DNA from: Bacteroidota bacterium
Lineage (GTDB): Bacteria > Bacteroidota > Bacteroidia > B-17B0 > Aurantibacillaceae
Length of the DNA: 64,000 nt
Direction: 5' to 3'
Assembly: GCA_018267825.1 (NCBI GenBank)
Contig: JAFDXR010000028.1
Span: 1 to 64,000, forward strand
A program made the position numbers and the translations under genes. Under the pieces are notes generated by a model, which was not told the DNA's origin, ran no database searches, and saw nothing but the letters and a program-made list of their open reading frames with translations. Of the stretch, positions 40,612 through 51,700 are shown piece after piece. Position 1 is the stretch's first letter. Every line of letters starts with the position of its first letter.

Positions 40612-40667
40612 GGATCAAAGGTAAAAAACTGTAGCTTTACTCTATATTATTTACTGTTTATTTTAGT

Positions 40668-41057
40668 ATGCAGTTCGAAACCAGAACATCTTATATTTCT
40701 GTTATTGAAGATTGTATTATTTACATCAAGGTCAGGCCCGATATGCATGTTGAAGTGAAGGATGCAGAGGAGAATGATGAGATGATTAAACGTCTGAATC
40801 CTGATGGTAAAAAAGTTGTTCTGCTTCATACGCAGGGGATCTTCACCACAGGGCCTGATGTACTGAAACGTGGAGCTTCCGAAGAAGCCTCCGGATTATA
40901 TAAAGCACTTGCCATACTGATCGATAAACACTCTCCTGGCCTGATCGGAAAATACTTTATTAAAGTAAATAAGCCGAAGCAGCCGACGCAGCTTTTTACA
41001 AAAATGGAAGAGGCATTGGCATGGTGCAGAGAACAATATGCACTTGCAAATCCCTAG
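40668..41057 (+). CDS. Hypothetical 129-aa protein, tandem paralog A (possible STAS/SpoIIAA-like fold)
   Basis: Same length and collinear similarity to the next gene. Shared C-terminal motif PTQLFTxxEEALAWCREQY. Confidence 0.55.
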   Translation: MQFETRTSYISVIEDCIIYIKVRPDMHVEVKDAEENDEMIKRLNPDGKKVVLLHTQGIFTTGPDVLKRGASEEASGLYKALAILIDKHSPGLIGKYFIKVNKPKQPTQLFTKMEEALAWCREQYALANP

Positions 41058-41156
41058 CCTGAACCGGTTCTGATTTTTTATTATTTTTATTGGAATGATT
41101 CGCTTTTGATCTCAGCCATGTAAACCGGAAGCGTATAATTATACAAGCCCCCGCTT

Positions 41157-41546
41157 ATGACTATTGAAACGAGCACAGCACATGTAAGCCTGATCGACGA
41201 TGTCGTTGCTGTTATTTCCGTGAAAGAGAATGTTGAAATTGATGTGCCGCAGACCTGGGAAAATTACCATGCGGTTATAAAATTAAATCCTGCAGGGGAC
41301 TTCCCGGTGTTGTTTGAAACAAGAGGCTTTGTCTCTATTTCAAAAGAATCGAGAGAACTTGTTGCTTCAAAAGAAATGGCCAAGGAAAGTTGCGCGACCG
41401 CACTGCTTGTTGAAAATATGGCAATGAAGATTTTTGGAAATTTTTTCATTCGTTTCGACCGGCCGCCACGACCAACAAAACTTTTTACGGATCGAGCAGA
41501 AGCCATTGCCTGGTGCAAGGAGCAATACAGGCTCATTAAACGTTAA
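41157..41546 (+). CDS. Hypothetical 129-aa protein, tandem paralog B
   Basis: Paralogous to 40668..41057 (e.g. LNPxG, PTKLFTDRAEAIAWCKEQY). The terminator follows directly. Confidence 0.55.
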   Translation: MTIETSTAHVSLIDDVVAVISVKENVEIDVPQTWENYHAVIKLNPAGDFPVLFETRGFVSISKESRELVASKEMAKESCATALLVENMAMKIFGNFFIRFDRPPRPTKLFTDRAEAIAWCKEQYRLIKR

Positions 41547-41564
41547 GCCGCTTATTCATAATAA

Positions 41565-41597
41565 AAGAAGAGCCCGGAATTCCGGGCTCTTCTTTTT
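41565..41597. terminator. Bidirectional rho-independent terminator between paralog B and lpdA
   Basis: Palindromic stem AAGAGCCCGG/CCGGGCTCTT with loop AATT, followed by CTTTTTTCT. Confidence 0.8.
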
Positions 41598-41616
41598 TCT
41601 ATAATGGTATTTTTAT

Positions 41617-43005
41617 TTACAGGTGAATCACTTCGCCATAGGCCGCTGCTGCAGCTTCCATAATAGCCTCGCTCATGGTAGGGTGAGGGTGTACGGTTTT
41701 AATCAGCTCATGACCGGTGGTTTCCAGTTTACGGATGGCAACTGTTTCAGCAACCATTTCCGTTACGTTGGCTCCGATCATGTGTGCGCCGAGAAGCTCG
41801 CCGTATTTGGCATCGAAAATAAGTTTAATGAACCCATCGCTGGCACCAGCTGCTTTGGCTTTGCCGGAAGCGGAGAACGGAAACTTACCTACTTTGATGG
41901 TGTAACCGGCTTCTTTTGCTTTCTTCTCAGTATAGCCTACAGAAGCAATTTCAGGCTGGCAATAGGTGCAACCCGGAATGTTGTTGTAGTCGATCGGATC
42001 AACATGCATGCCTTTGATTTTTTCAACGCATGTAATGCCTTCAGCACTTGCTACGTGAGCCAGAGCCTGTCCGCCAACACAATCACCGATAGCATAATAA
42101 CCGGCTACATTTGTAGCATAGAACTTATCGGTTACGATCTTGCCGTTTTCGGTTTTAATACCGGTTTCTTCGAGTCCTATACCTTCAATATTTGCCTGGA
42201 TCCCAACGGCAGATAATACAATCTCAGCATCAAGGGTTACGTTGCCGGTTTTTGTTTTGACATTCACTTTGCAGTCAGTGCCTTTTGTATCAACGCTTTC
42301 AACAGAAGCTTCGGTCATGATTTCGATACCAACCTTCTTGAATGATTTTTCAAGTTGTTTTGATACTTCTTCGTCTTCTACCGGAACAATATTTGGTAAA
42401 TATTCCACAATCGTCACTTTAGTACCCATGGTTGCATAGAAGTATGCAAATTCAACACCGATAGCGCCTGAACCAACTACCACCAGTGATTTTGGTTGTT
42501 TCGGCAAACTCATGGCTTCGCGGTACCCGATAATTTTTTTACCATCCTGGGGCAGGTTTGGTAACTGGCGTGAACGTGCGCCGGTTGCTATAATAATGTG
42601 TTTTCCTTCATAGGTTGTGGTTTTGCCGTCAGCAGCCTTTACATCTACCTTTTTCCCGGCTTTGATTTTAGCCGTTCCCATGATAACATCAATTTTATTT
42701 TTTTTCATCAGGAACTGAATGCCTTTGCTCATCCCATCAGCTACATCGCGGCTGCGTTTGATCACGGCACTGAAATCAGCTTTGATATTATCGGCACTGA
42801 TTCCATAATCTTTAGCGTGGTTCAGGTATTCAAATACCTGTGCGCTTTTCAATAAAGCTTTGGTTGGAATACAGCCCCAGTTCAGGCAAATCCCACCCAG
42901 GTTTTCTTTTTCAATAATGGCGGTTTTAAACCCCAGTTGTGAAGCGCGGATTGCAGTCACATAACCACCCGGTCCGCTTCCTATAACAATAACATCGTAG
43001 TTCAT
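41617..43005 (-). CDS. lpdA: Dihydrolipoyl dehydrogenase
   Basis: 462 aa. FAD motif VIGSGPGGY and the redox disulfide GGICLNWGCIPTK. Confidence 0.95.
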   Translation of the reverse strand: MNYDVIVIGSGPGGYVTAIRASQLGFKTAIIEKENLGGICLNWGCIPTKALLKSAQVFEYLNHAKDYGISADNIKADFSAVIKRSRDVADGMSKGIQFLMKKNKIDVIMGTAKIKAGKKVDVKAADGKTTTYEGKHIIIATGARSRQLPNLPQDGKKIIGYREAMSLPKQPKSLVVVGSGAIGVEFAYFYATMGTKVTIVEYLPNIVPVEDEEVSKQLEKSFKKVGIEIMTEASVESVDTKGTDCKVNVKTKTGNVTLDAEIVLSAVGIQANIEGIGLEETGIKTENGKIVTDKFYATNVAGYYAIGDCVGGQALAHVASAEGITCVEKIKGMHVDPIDYNNIPGCTYCQPEIASVGYTEKKAKEAGYTIKVGKFPFSASGKAKAAGASDGFIKLIFDAKYGELLGAHMIGANVTEMVAETVAIRKLETTGHELIKTVHPHPTMSEAIMEAAAAAYGEVIHL

Positions 43006-43228
43006 ACTTTTATCTTTTGTGAACGGCTAATTTAAGGTTTATACTTTAATTTTTGCAATAATTGAACTAAAATTAAGGTCCGGCCTCGGCACTTCCTAAT
43101 CCTTTACCGGCGGGCATTTCAGCGGAAATCGGAGAAACCCGGAAATTATTTTTTCAGTGCCTGGTCGATCGGGTCATCAGCAAATGGTATTTCAGGCAAT
43201 AAGCACTGCATGGGCGCTGATAAGCTCC

Positions 43229-44260
43229 TTAGATGCTGAAACGGGCGAGGGGCGTTACACTCAGATCGGTAAAATCGCTTTTGAGGTATTTATAATAGGC
43301 TGTAATACCGATCATGGCAGCGTTATCGGTACAGTATTCGAACTTAGGAATGAAACAGGTCCATCCTTCTTTTTGCGACAGGCTGCTGAGCTGTCCGCGA
43401 AGCCCCGAATTGGCTGAAACACCACCGGCAATAGCAATCTGTTTAATGCCTGTTTCACGGGCGACTGCTTTCAGATTTTTAAGCAGGTAACTTACGAGGT
43501 GATGCTGATAGGAGGCACAAATATCGTTGAGATTGTTTTCAATAAAATGGGGGTCCTGGGCAACATGATCTCTTATAAAGTACAGGAAAGCCGTTTTGAT
43601 TCCACTGAAACTATAACGTTGTCCGGGCAGGTTGGGCATGGGGAATTTAAAACGCCCGGGATTGCCCTGCCTGGCATATTTGTCGATCAGTGGCCCACCG
43701 GGATAAGGCAGTCCAATGATTTTTGCAGCCTTGTCAAATGCTTCTCCTACGGCATCATCTTCGGTTTCGGCCAGCAGCTCAAACTCCAGGTGATTGGTCA
43801 CTTTTACAATTTGCGTATGTCCGCCGCTCACCGTCAGGCACAGAAAAGGAAAGGAGGGGGAGAGATGCGGCTCCGTTTTTTCTTTGATGAAATGAGCGAG
43901 AATATGCCCCTGCATGTGATTCACCTCTATCAGTGGAATATCAAGGGCGAGTGCCATCGATTTGGCAAAAGAGGTTCCTACCAGCAGACTGCCTGAAAGG
44001 CCTGGCCCGCGTGTGAATGCAATGGCTGAGATTTGTGATAAATTAACGCCCGCTTTCTTTAAGGCTGCATCGGCTACAGGTACAATATTCTTCTGATGGT
44101 CTCGGCTCGCAAGCTCCGGAATAACACCGCCATATTGCTGATGAATAGCTTGCCCGGCTGTAACGTTCGATAATACAACATCGTTATGAAGTACGGCGCA
44201 GGACGTGTCATCACAGCTGCTTTCAATGGCCAAAATGATTATATCCTCGCTATTATTCAT
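43229..44260 (-). CDS. tsaD: tRNA N6-adenosine threonylcarbamoyltransferase
   Basis: Kae1/TsaD motifs (ILAIESSCDDTS, metal-binding HMQGHI). The ORF continues to 44377, but the internal ATG at 44258..44260 (MNNSEDIIILAIESSCDD) gives a canonical ~343-aa protein. Confidence 0.9.
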   Translation of the reverse strand: MNNSEDIIILAIESSCDDTSCAVLHNDVVLSNVTAGQAIHQQYGGVIPELASRDHQKNIVPVADAALKKAGVNLSQISAIAFTRGPGLSGSLLVGTSFAKSMALALDIPLIEVNHMQGHILAHFIKEKTEPHLSPSFPFLCLTVSGGHTQIVKVTNHLEFELLAETEDDAVGEAFDKAAKIIGLPYPGGPLIDKYARQGNPGRFKFPMPNLPGQRYSFSGIKTAFLYFIRDHVAQDPHFIENNLNDICASYQHHLVSYLLKNLKAVARETGIKQIAIAGGVSANSGLRGQLSSLSQKEGWTCFIPKFEYCTDNAAMIGITAYYKYLKSDFTDLSVTPLARFSI

Positions 44261-44270
44261 TATTTTTACG

Positions 44271-47200
44271 GTGTTGAGTAAACTGGACAAAATTACGAGA
44301 TTTCTGTGGAAAGTACTGAAGTTTTCCGTGCTTTCTGTGCTCCTTATTGTCATAGGTTTGCTTATTGCCATTAACACAGAAACCTTCCAGACTTTTGCCG
44401 CGCAAAAAGCAGCAGCTTATCTCAGCAAAGAGCTGGGGACGCGGGTAGAGGTGGAACGCCTCAAAATATCATTCATCAAAAATGTGGAACTGGAGGGCGT
44501 TTACCTCGAAGATCTTCACCACGATACGCTTCTGTATGGTGCCAGTCTTGAGGTTGGACTGAGCGGCTTTGATTACAAAAAACATAAACTGAACCTCGAC
44601 GAAGTAAGGCTCAGTGATATCAAAGTAAAACTCTTGAAGTACAAGGGGGAACCGGATTTTAATTTTCAGTTCCTGGCCGATTATTTCGCCTCATCTGATA
44701 CAACCCGCAGCGATACCTCCGGTGGGTGGACCGTAAAATATGGTGCCCTGAAACTGCATCATGTGGATTTCACGTATCACTTATTGCGCGACACAGATAA
44801 AGTGGTGAATAACATGAATTACAGAAATATTCATGTGAGTAATATCAATGGGAGTATATCGGACATCCGTTTTAAAAAGGATACGATCTTTGCTACGATT
44901 ACCGATCTGAGTGCGCGGGAGCAAAGCGGTTTCGTACTCAATAAACTCAGCACCATCGCCAAAGTGAGCCCTGCGGAGATGCGCTGCGACAGCCTCACAA
45001 TTGTTACACCCAATAGTTATATCAGTGCAGACCTTAAATTTAAATACGACACATGGTCGGACTATGAGGACTTTGTGAATAAAGTATATATCCGCGGGAA
45101 GCTGAAAACCGGCACCCAGCTTAACTTTAAAGACATTGCCTATTTTGCGGAGGAACTCAACGGGTTTAATGAAACGTTTTATCTCACCGGTAAAGTCAGA
45201 GGGTTTGTCAATGAGCTGAGCGGATCGGATCTTGATTTCAGGTATGCCGACAATACGCGTTTCAAAGGTGATTTCGGGATCACAGGCTTGCCGGATATCA
45301 ACACATCCTACATTCACTTTGACGCGAAACAAGTGTCGACCACCAAAGCCGATCTCGAAAAATTCCCGATTCCTCCCTTCAATAACCCCACGCATTTGCA
45401 GCTTCCGGTAGAAGTGGCTCACCTGGGTCTGATATCATACAAAGGGAAATTCGATGGGGGGATCAATGACTTTGTGACTTACGGGACCTTTCATACCGCC
45501 GTCGGTGTTTTGTCAACGGATCTTGCCATTCATAACGATACCATAAAGAATATTGTAGGTTATTCGGGTCTCATCAAAAGTAATGATTTCAACCTTTCCA
45601 AATTGTTTCCGAATGTCAGGCAGCTCGGGGCTGTTTCGCTCAATGCCAAAATAAAAGGAAAAGGATTTACCATCAAAACCATGGATACGGAACTAGAGGG
45701 AGATATAAATACCATTCACTTCAATGGCTATACCTATAAAAACCTCCGGATCGATGGTGCCATTAAGGATAAGGTATTTAACGGGAAACTGGTGAGTAAG
45801 GATGAGAATGCCGATTTTGATTTTGATGGCACAGTCAATTTTACAAACAAAGTACCGAAGATGGATTTTATCTCAACCGTCAATAATCTGGACCTTGAAA
45901 AAACCAATTTCTCCACATCTAAACTCAACGGACGTATGTCATCACAGATTCTCATCGATCTGAACGGTGATAATATTGATAACCTGAGCGGGCTTGTGAA
46001 CTTTGATAACACCATTTATAAAACAGCGAGCAAAACCTATAAACTCAGCAGTTTTAACCTCGAAATGGACCAGGAAACCCCGAATAAATCCATCGAGCTG
46101 ACTTCTTCTATGTTCAATGTGAATGTGAAGGGACAGTATAATCTTTCCACATTGCCCGATGCATTCATGCAATACCTCAATGCGTATTTTCCGACCTTTG
46201 TAAAAACGAATTCAAAAACCGTTTACAAAGACGAAGCGGAAATAAATATCAAAATCAAGAATTTCTCTGTGGTCAAAGAACTCCTGATCAATGATCTGAT
46301 GCTGAGTCCTAACACCCAGCTTACCGGCAAATTTGATGCATCCGGTAATTACCTGAATATGGTAGTGAGCAGCGACCTGGTAACCTATGGCAGCTTGAAA
46401 TTTCATGGCAATCACATGGAGGTAAATTCGATGCCGGATGGCGTTACACTTACCAATACCGTGAATAGCCTGAATCTTACAGACAGCCTTGCTTTTAAGA
46501 GCCTGCAGGTAAACCTCGTGGCAAACGACAGGCAGTCGCAGTATGATATTACATGGGATAATAAACTGAAACCAAATTATGCCGGTGCTATTTCAGGTAA
46601 TGCCACCTTTGGTACACAAAGCCTGAAAGTAAATATTGATAAGAGTCGCATTGTACTTACAGATAGCGTCTGGACACTTCATGAGCCGGCATTTGTAACG
46701 GTCGATTCCGGTGGAACCGTTGCCGTAAATGCATTTAAACTGTATAATAATGACCAGGCCATTGTCATGAACGGATCTCTGTCGGGCAAGGAAAGCGATC
46801 AATTCAAAATTGATATACAGTCGCTTCAGCTCAGCCAGTTCAATCCCTTATTGAAAGACAGCAAGATGAGTATCGACGGGATGGCTGAGGGAGAGACTAC
46901 CATTGGTAGTGTACAGGGCAAAATGGTGATCAACAGCAATCTCCGCTTCTCCAGCCTCAAAGTCAATAACCGTTTGATCGGGCAGGGTGAAATCACGAGT
47001 ATGTACAATGCCGACCAGGATTTTGTGGCGATCAACGGTTACTCGGCATTTGCGAACGACCTGATGACGGGGGCTCCCTTGAAGAATTTTAATTTCAATG
47101 GGTTTTACTATCCTAAGAAAACCGAAAACAGTATTGATATTGATTTTAACTGCAATCCGTTTGACCTTGTATTTCTGCAGCCCATACTCAAGGATATTGT

Positions 47201-48746
47201 CACCTTTAAAAACGGCTATGTTAATGGCTCCGGTAAGGTAAGCGGTACTCCCGATAAGCCGTTGATCAATGCCCAGCTATCTGTTGCCAAATGTGTAATG
47301 CTTGTCGATTACCTGAATGTGCAATACAGTATCGGCGGAAAAATTGACATCATGCCGGATCAGCTGAATTTCAATAACATGGAAGTGCGCGATACCAAAG
47401 GCAATGTGGGGATAGTATCGGGAAACCTGTTTCACGATAATTTCAAAAATATGCGTATTGACTTCGATATCAATACCACCCGCCTCATGGTGCTGAATAC
47501 CACGGCAGCCAATAACCCGAGTTATTACGGTACAGCCTATGCCACCGGAAATGCCGGTATATACGGATTTATCGATGATATTAAAATGGAAATAAATATG
47601 AAAACCAATGCCGGTACTCATTTTTATATTCCGCTCAGTGGTCCTGCAGAAGTCGGCGACAAGGATTTTATACGTTTTGTGTCGAAAGACACAACCAGGA
47701 AAGTAGCGAATAAAACGGCCAGCAATTTTTCACTCGATTTTAACCTGGAAGCCACACCGGATGCTGAAATCCAGTTACTGTTTGATGAGAAATCAGGCGA
47801 TCTCATCAAGGCACGCGGGAATGGGAACATCAATATGAAAATCAACTCCAAAGGGAAGTTCGATATGTTTGGTGATTATGTATTAACCACCGGCGATTAT
47901 CTCTTTACGCTCGAAACATTCATTACCAAGAAATTTGAAATCGAACGTGGCAGCTCCATCAAGTGGAGTGGTAACGTGTATAAAGCCAATATCGATATTA
48001 CCGCGAACTATAAACAGCGGGCATCCATTAAACCCCTGTTTCCGCTCGATTCTACAGGAAACTACAGCAAGCGTTACCCGGTCGATTGTAAGCTGTATAT
48101 GAAAGATAATCTCATGTCGCCCGATATTACGTTTGGTATAGATCTTCCGACCATCGATGAAACTACCCGGAGCAAGATCAAAAGTATTTTATCGGATGAA
48201 CAGGAACTGAACCGCCAGGTGTTTTCACTGTTGCTTCTCCGGAGCTTTGTGACTCCTACCTCTTTGCAGGGCAGTGGCGGTATATCGGCCGGTGGTGCTG
48301 CCGCGGCAACGGGCTCTGAGATGCTTTCCAACAAGCTGAGCCACTGGCTCAATGGTGTTACCAAGGATATTGATGTGGGGGTGAACTACAGGCCCGGCTC
48401 CACACTCAGCAGCGATGAGCTCGATCTGGCGCTGTCGAAACAATTGCTGAACAACCGTTTGAGTATCGACGGTAACTTTGGCGTGAGTAATAATAACGGC
48501 GCCAAAACCACCACCACCGGAAGTTCCAACTCCAGTAACCTTATCGGTGATGTGACTGTTGAGTATAAACTGAGCGACGATGGCCGCTACCGTGTGAAAG
48601 CCTTCAACCGGAGTAACGATAACACGCAGATTACCACGAGTGGAGGTCCGTTTACCCAGGGCGTTGGTGTGTTTTACAGGGAGGAGTTCGAAACACTCAA
48701 TGAGCTTTATAAACGCTACAGGGATAAACTCAGAAAGAAGAAGTAA
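44271..48746 (+). CDS. Translocation-and-assembly-module TamB-like (AsmA/DUF490 family) giant envelope protein
   Basis: About 1490 aa. N-terminal signal-anchor FSVLSVLLIVIGLLIAI, a long beta-rich body, and a C-terminal DUF490-like region. The ORF opens at 44205 (ATG) and would overlap tsaD divergently; the GTG at 44271 is suggested, but the start is uncertain. Confidence 0.7.
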   Translation: MLSKLDKITRFLWKVLKFSVLSVLLIVIGLLIAINTETFQTFAAQKAAAYLSKELGTRVEVERLKISFIKNVELEGVYLEDLHHDTLLYGASLEVGLSGFDYKKHKLNLDEVRLSDIKVKLLKYKGEPDFNFQFLADYFASSDTTRSDTSGGWTVKYGALKLHHVDFTYHLLRDTDKVVNNMNYRNIHVSNINGSISDIRFKKDTIFATITDLSAREQSGFVLNKLSTIAKVSPAEMRCDSLTIVTPNSYISADLKFKYDTWSDYEDFVNKVYIRGKLKTGTQLNFKDIAYFAEELNGFNETFYLTGKVRGFVNELSGSDLDFRYADNTRFKGDFGITGLPDINTSYIHFDAKQVSTTKADLEKFPIPPFNNPTHLQLPVEVAHLGLISYKGKFDGGINDFVTYGTFHTAVGVLSTDLAIHNDTIKNIVGYSGLIKSNDFNLSKLFPNVRQLGAVSLNAKIKGKGFTIKTMDTELEGDINTIHFNGYTYKNLRIDGAIKDKVFNGKLVSKDENADFDFDGTVNFTNKVPKMDFISTVNNLDLEKTNFSTSKLNGRMSSQILIDLNGDNIDNLSGLVNFDNTIYKTASKTYKLSSFNLEMDQETPNKSIELTSSMFNVNVKGQYNLSTLPDAFMQYLNAYFPTFVKTNSKTVYKDEAEINIKIKNFSVVKELLINDLMLSPNTQLTGKFDASGNYLNMVVSSDLVTYGSLKFHGNHMEVNSMPDGVTLTNTVNSLNLTDSLAFKSLQVNLVANDRQSQYDITWDNKLKPNYAGAISGNATFGTQSLKVNIDKSRIVLTDSVWTLHEPAFVTVDSGGTVAVNAFKLYNNDQAIVMNGSLSGKESDQFKIDIQSLQLSQFNPLLKDSKMSIDGMAEGETTIGSVQGKMVINSNLRFSSLKVNNRLIGQGEITSMYNADQDFVAINGYSAFANDLMTGAPLKNFNFNGFYYPKKTENSIDIDFNCNPFDLVFLQPILKDIVTFKNGYVNGSGKVSGTPDKPLINAQLSVAKCVMLVDYLNVQYSIGGKIDIMPDQLNFNNMEVRDTKGNVGIVSGNLFHDNFKNMRIDFDINTTRLMVLNTTAANNPSYYGTAYATGNAGIYGFIDDIKMEINMKTNAGTHFYIPLSGPAEVGDKDFIRFVSKDTTRKVANKTASNFSLDFNLEATPDAEIQLLFDEKSGDLIKARGNGNINMKINSKGKFDMFGDYVLTTGDYLFTLETFITKKFEIERGSSIKWSGNVYKANIDITANYKQRASIKPLFPLDSTGNYSKRYPVDCKLYMKDNLMSPDITFGIDLPTIDETTRSKIKSILSDEQELNRQVFSLLLLRSFVTPTSLQGSGGISAGGAAAATGSEMLSNKLSHWLNGVTKDIDVGVNYRPGSTLSSDELDLALSKQLLNNRLSIDGNFGVSNNNGAKTTTTGSSNSSNLIGDVTVEYKLSDDGRYRVKAFNRSNDNTQITTSGGPFTQGVGVFYREEFETLNELYKRYRDKLRKKK

Positions 48747-48753
48747 GTTCCCG

Positions 48754-51700
48754 CTATTTGTATCTTGCTACGTAGGTAATATTCGACAATAGCTTTGTAT
48801 TATCGATCACTTCTACCTCCAGGTGCGGGTATTTCGCCAATGCGTTTTTGATCAGCTGTCCGCTCACAAAATGCAGACCGCTTCCACTCGTTTTATTGAA
48901 GCCTGAATTGGTGCTGAAAAATTCGGTATACCAGGTTCCTTTCTGGCGCTTGCCAAGGTCGGCATCTGCATCACGAATCACAAGCACTCCGCCGCGGTTA
49001 AGCTTTGCCACGCAATGATCGATAACCTGTACCTGTTGTGATGCTTCGAGGTAATGAAGCACATCACTGATAATAAATCCATCGGCCTGCGGGAATTCGT
49101 AAGCTGTAACATCGCCTACAGCAAATTGCATGCGTGAGGTTTTGTGTACGCAATTATCGGCTATGGCTATTTTTTCATCGTCGTAATCTACTCCCAGGAT
49201 ATTTCGGTCTCTACCTTTATACATAAGCATATATGGCAAAAATCCATATCCACAGCCTACATCCACAATCTGCCCGGTTTTCGGCATCAGGCTTTCAAAC
49301 AGGGCGTAGTTGTTTTCCAGTTTTGTTTTGATGCGGCAATACCATTCCAACACGGGACCTTTGAAAATATAATTGCGGATCAGGCGTGGCCTGAAATAAT
49401 CAACGGTTTCAAACTGTTCGCGGAGCGCAGCATACTCCGTGCGCATATAACGGCAAATACCTTTGGTACGCTCCTGGTATGTGTTTCCGAAAGATGTATC
49501 CTGTGGGGAGATGCGCTTCAGGTACTTGACGGTAAGCGCGCCATCCTTGAAATGGAAATCGCCTTTGGTTACGGCGTCTCCGGCACCATGGATCAGTAAG
49601 GGCAGAATATCGAGTTGTAATTTTTCAGCCAGCAGGAATGCGCCTTTATGAAAACGATGAATTTCTCCGTCTACACTGCGTGTCCCTTCCGGGAATATCA
49701 GAATGGAGTAACCTTCTTTGACAAGCTTTTCAAGTTTAGGTAAACTGTTTTCATAGCCCTCTGAAGCCGGGTAATAATCGGCCATTTTTACAATGAATCC
49801 ATAAAAAGGAGAATTATATACCCAGTCGTTGGTAAACACGATTATTTTAGGATGCAACTGAAGTGTGAGGGCCAGATCAATATGTGACTGATGGTTAGCT
49901 ACAATAACGGCCGGTTTCGCAAAGGTTTCGTTCTGATCGTTGATGATGCGTTTTTTTACATTGAAGAAACAGGCCAGAATGGCGCGGAAAGTGTAGGCAA
50001 TGAGGGTGTGGAAAACCAGTTTGCGGGTTCGGATACCCGCTGGGAAGATGGAAAAGATAATAAGTCCCGAAAGTGTCAGCAACAGGGCCCCCAGCACAAA
50101 GCCCATGAACCCGATGATTGTAATGAATATATACTTGGCAGAGTAGGGCTGTAACCCGCGGTGACGGCGGTTCAGGGCCATCCAGTTAAAAATAAGTGGT
50201 TGTACTATAAATGAAATAAATACCACACAGCTCATGCCTATGATTGTGATGGCGGCAATGGATTTGAGGGCCGGATGTTTGGCAAGGATCATGGTGCCGA
50301 TGCCAATAACCGTGATGAGGGCCGACAGAAGGATGGAGGATTTGTAGGAATCCAGGTTCTTCTTACCGTACTTGAATTCATTGAGGAGCCCATCCATAAT
50401 AAAGATACTGTAATCGTCGCCGAGCCCGAAGATGAACGTGGATATAATGATATTGATGATGTTGAATTTGATTCCGAATATGCCCATGATACCAAGGATC
50501 CAGAGCCATGAAATAAACATGGGCAGGAAATTGATAATGGCGAGTTCAATACGCCCGTGCGAAAGCAGCATGAACGCAAAAACCAGGATGGATGTAATGA
50601 TCAGGATGGTGTTGAAGTCCTGCTGTATAACCTGCACAAAGCGCGATGTAAGATTCTGCTTATCAAAAACAACCACATCGGGATCGTGCTCGAATGCGGC
50701 ATAAACCTTTTCGCGGTTTTCCGCATTCGTTTTCACATGGCATACCACCGAGGTTTTTCCATTTACCTGGCCTGTAAATTCTTTAAACACGAGCTGAAGC
50801 AGGGTATCCGAATCGGCTTTAGGCAATAAACCATAATTTTTATTCAGCTGTTCGTAGAAACCGTGGAATGCATTTTCTTTGAATTTGAGCGTAGCACCCG
50901 ATGCAATGAGTTGCTTCTGCAGTGCAGCTTTACGGGCTGGTGTAAAAAAATCGTTCCAGCGTTTAATACGGCGCTCCTGTTCCTGGGCAGAGGTGAATAA
51001 GCCTGCTACAGAAGAAAACTTCTTAATATGTCCATCACTTTTCAGTGATTTGAGTTCTGCCTCCACCTGAGCATTTTTTTCGAGGGCTTCATTCAACGAA
51101 TTACCGGTAGCAAAAACGTACACCGAACGAGCAGCAAAGTTGTTGACTTCATCGAGGTGTTTCTCTGCGGCACGGGTTTCATCGGTCATGAAACTCATTT
51201 TGTTCATGTCGCTTTCAAATTCAACCCGGCTGGCAAACCATGCAAATACAACGGTTAGGAGCATGGCACCGATCACCACAAACTTATGCTTATCGGGCCT
51301 GGCTGCAGTAATACGGTCAAGCAGGTTGCCTGAGTTGTGATGCGCTTCGTCAGGTGTTTCTGTAGTGTTTTTTTGTTTTCTGAAAGCCACTTTCAACAGA
51401 TGTGGCAATACAATGATTGAGAACAGCATGGCACCGATCAGCGAAAAACCGGCGAACTGGCCGAAATCATGAAGCGCTTCGGATTTGGCAAACAGTAAAC
51501 TAAAAAAAGCGCCAACCGTGGTGGTACAGCCAATGAGCATAGGCAGAGTCAGATCGCTCAGTACGGTTTTTACATCGCGCACATGCTTGTAATGCGTGAA
51601 AAAATGAAGTGAATAGTTGATCGCAATACCAAGTACCACGGCACCGGCACCAATAGCGATGGCTGATACAATGCCCTTGGTGAGAAATAAAATGCCCAGC

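Noticed and set aside
41058-41156. GAACCGGTTC palindrome followed by a T-run between the two 129-aa paralogs, considered as a terminator
   Set aside because: The palindrome has no loop (it would need at least 3 nt) and alternative pairings give only 4-5 bp stems. It may still be a weak attenuator.
41623-42216. 197-aa plus-strand ORF inside lpdA
   Set aside because: Antisense shadow ORF of lpdA.
43141-43228. Long-range inverted repeat CAGTGCCTGG...CAGGCAATAAGCACTG downstream of tsaD, considered as a terminator
   Set aside because: On the minus strand the hairpin is followed by an A-run, not a U-run. On the plus strand the T-run precedes the stem. It does not fit an intrinsic terminator for either strand.
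49144-50829. Several 60-150-aa plus-strand ORFs inside the trifunctional gene
   Set aside because: All antisense to a continuous 1289-aa ORF with recognisable domains throughout.
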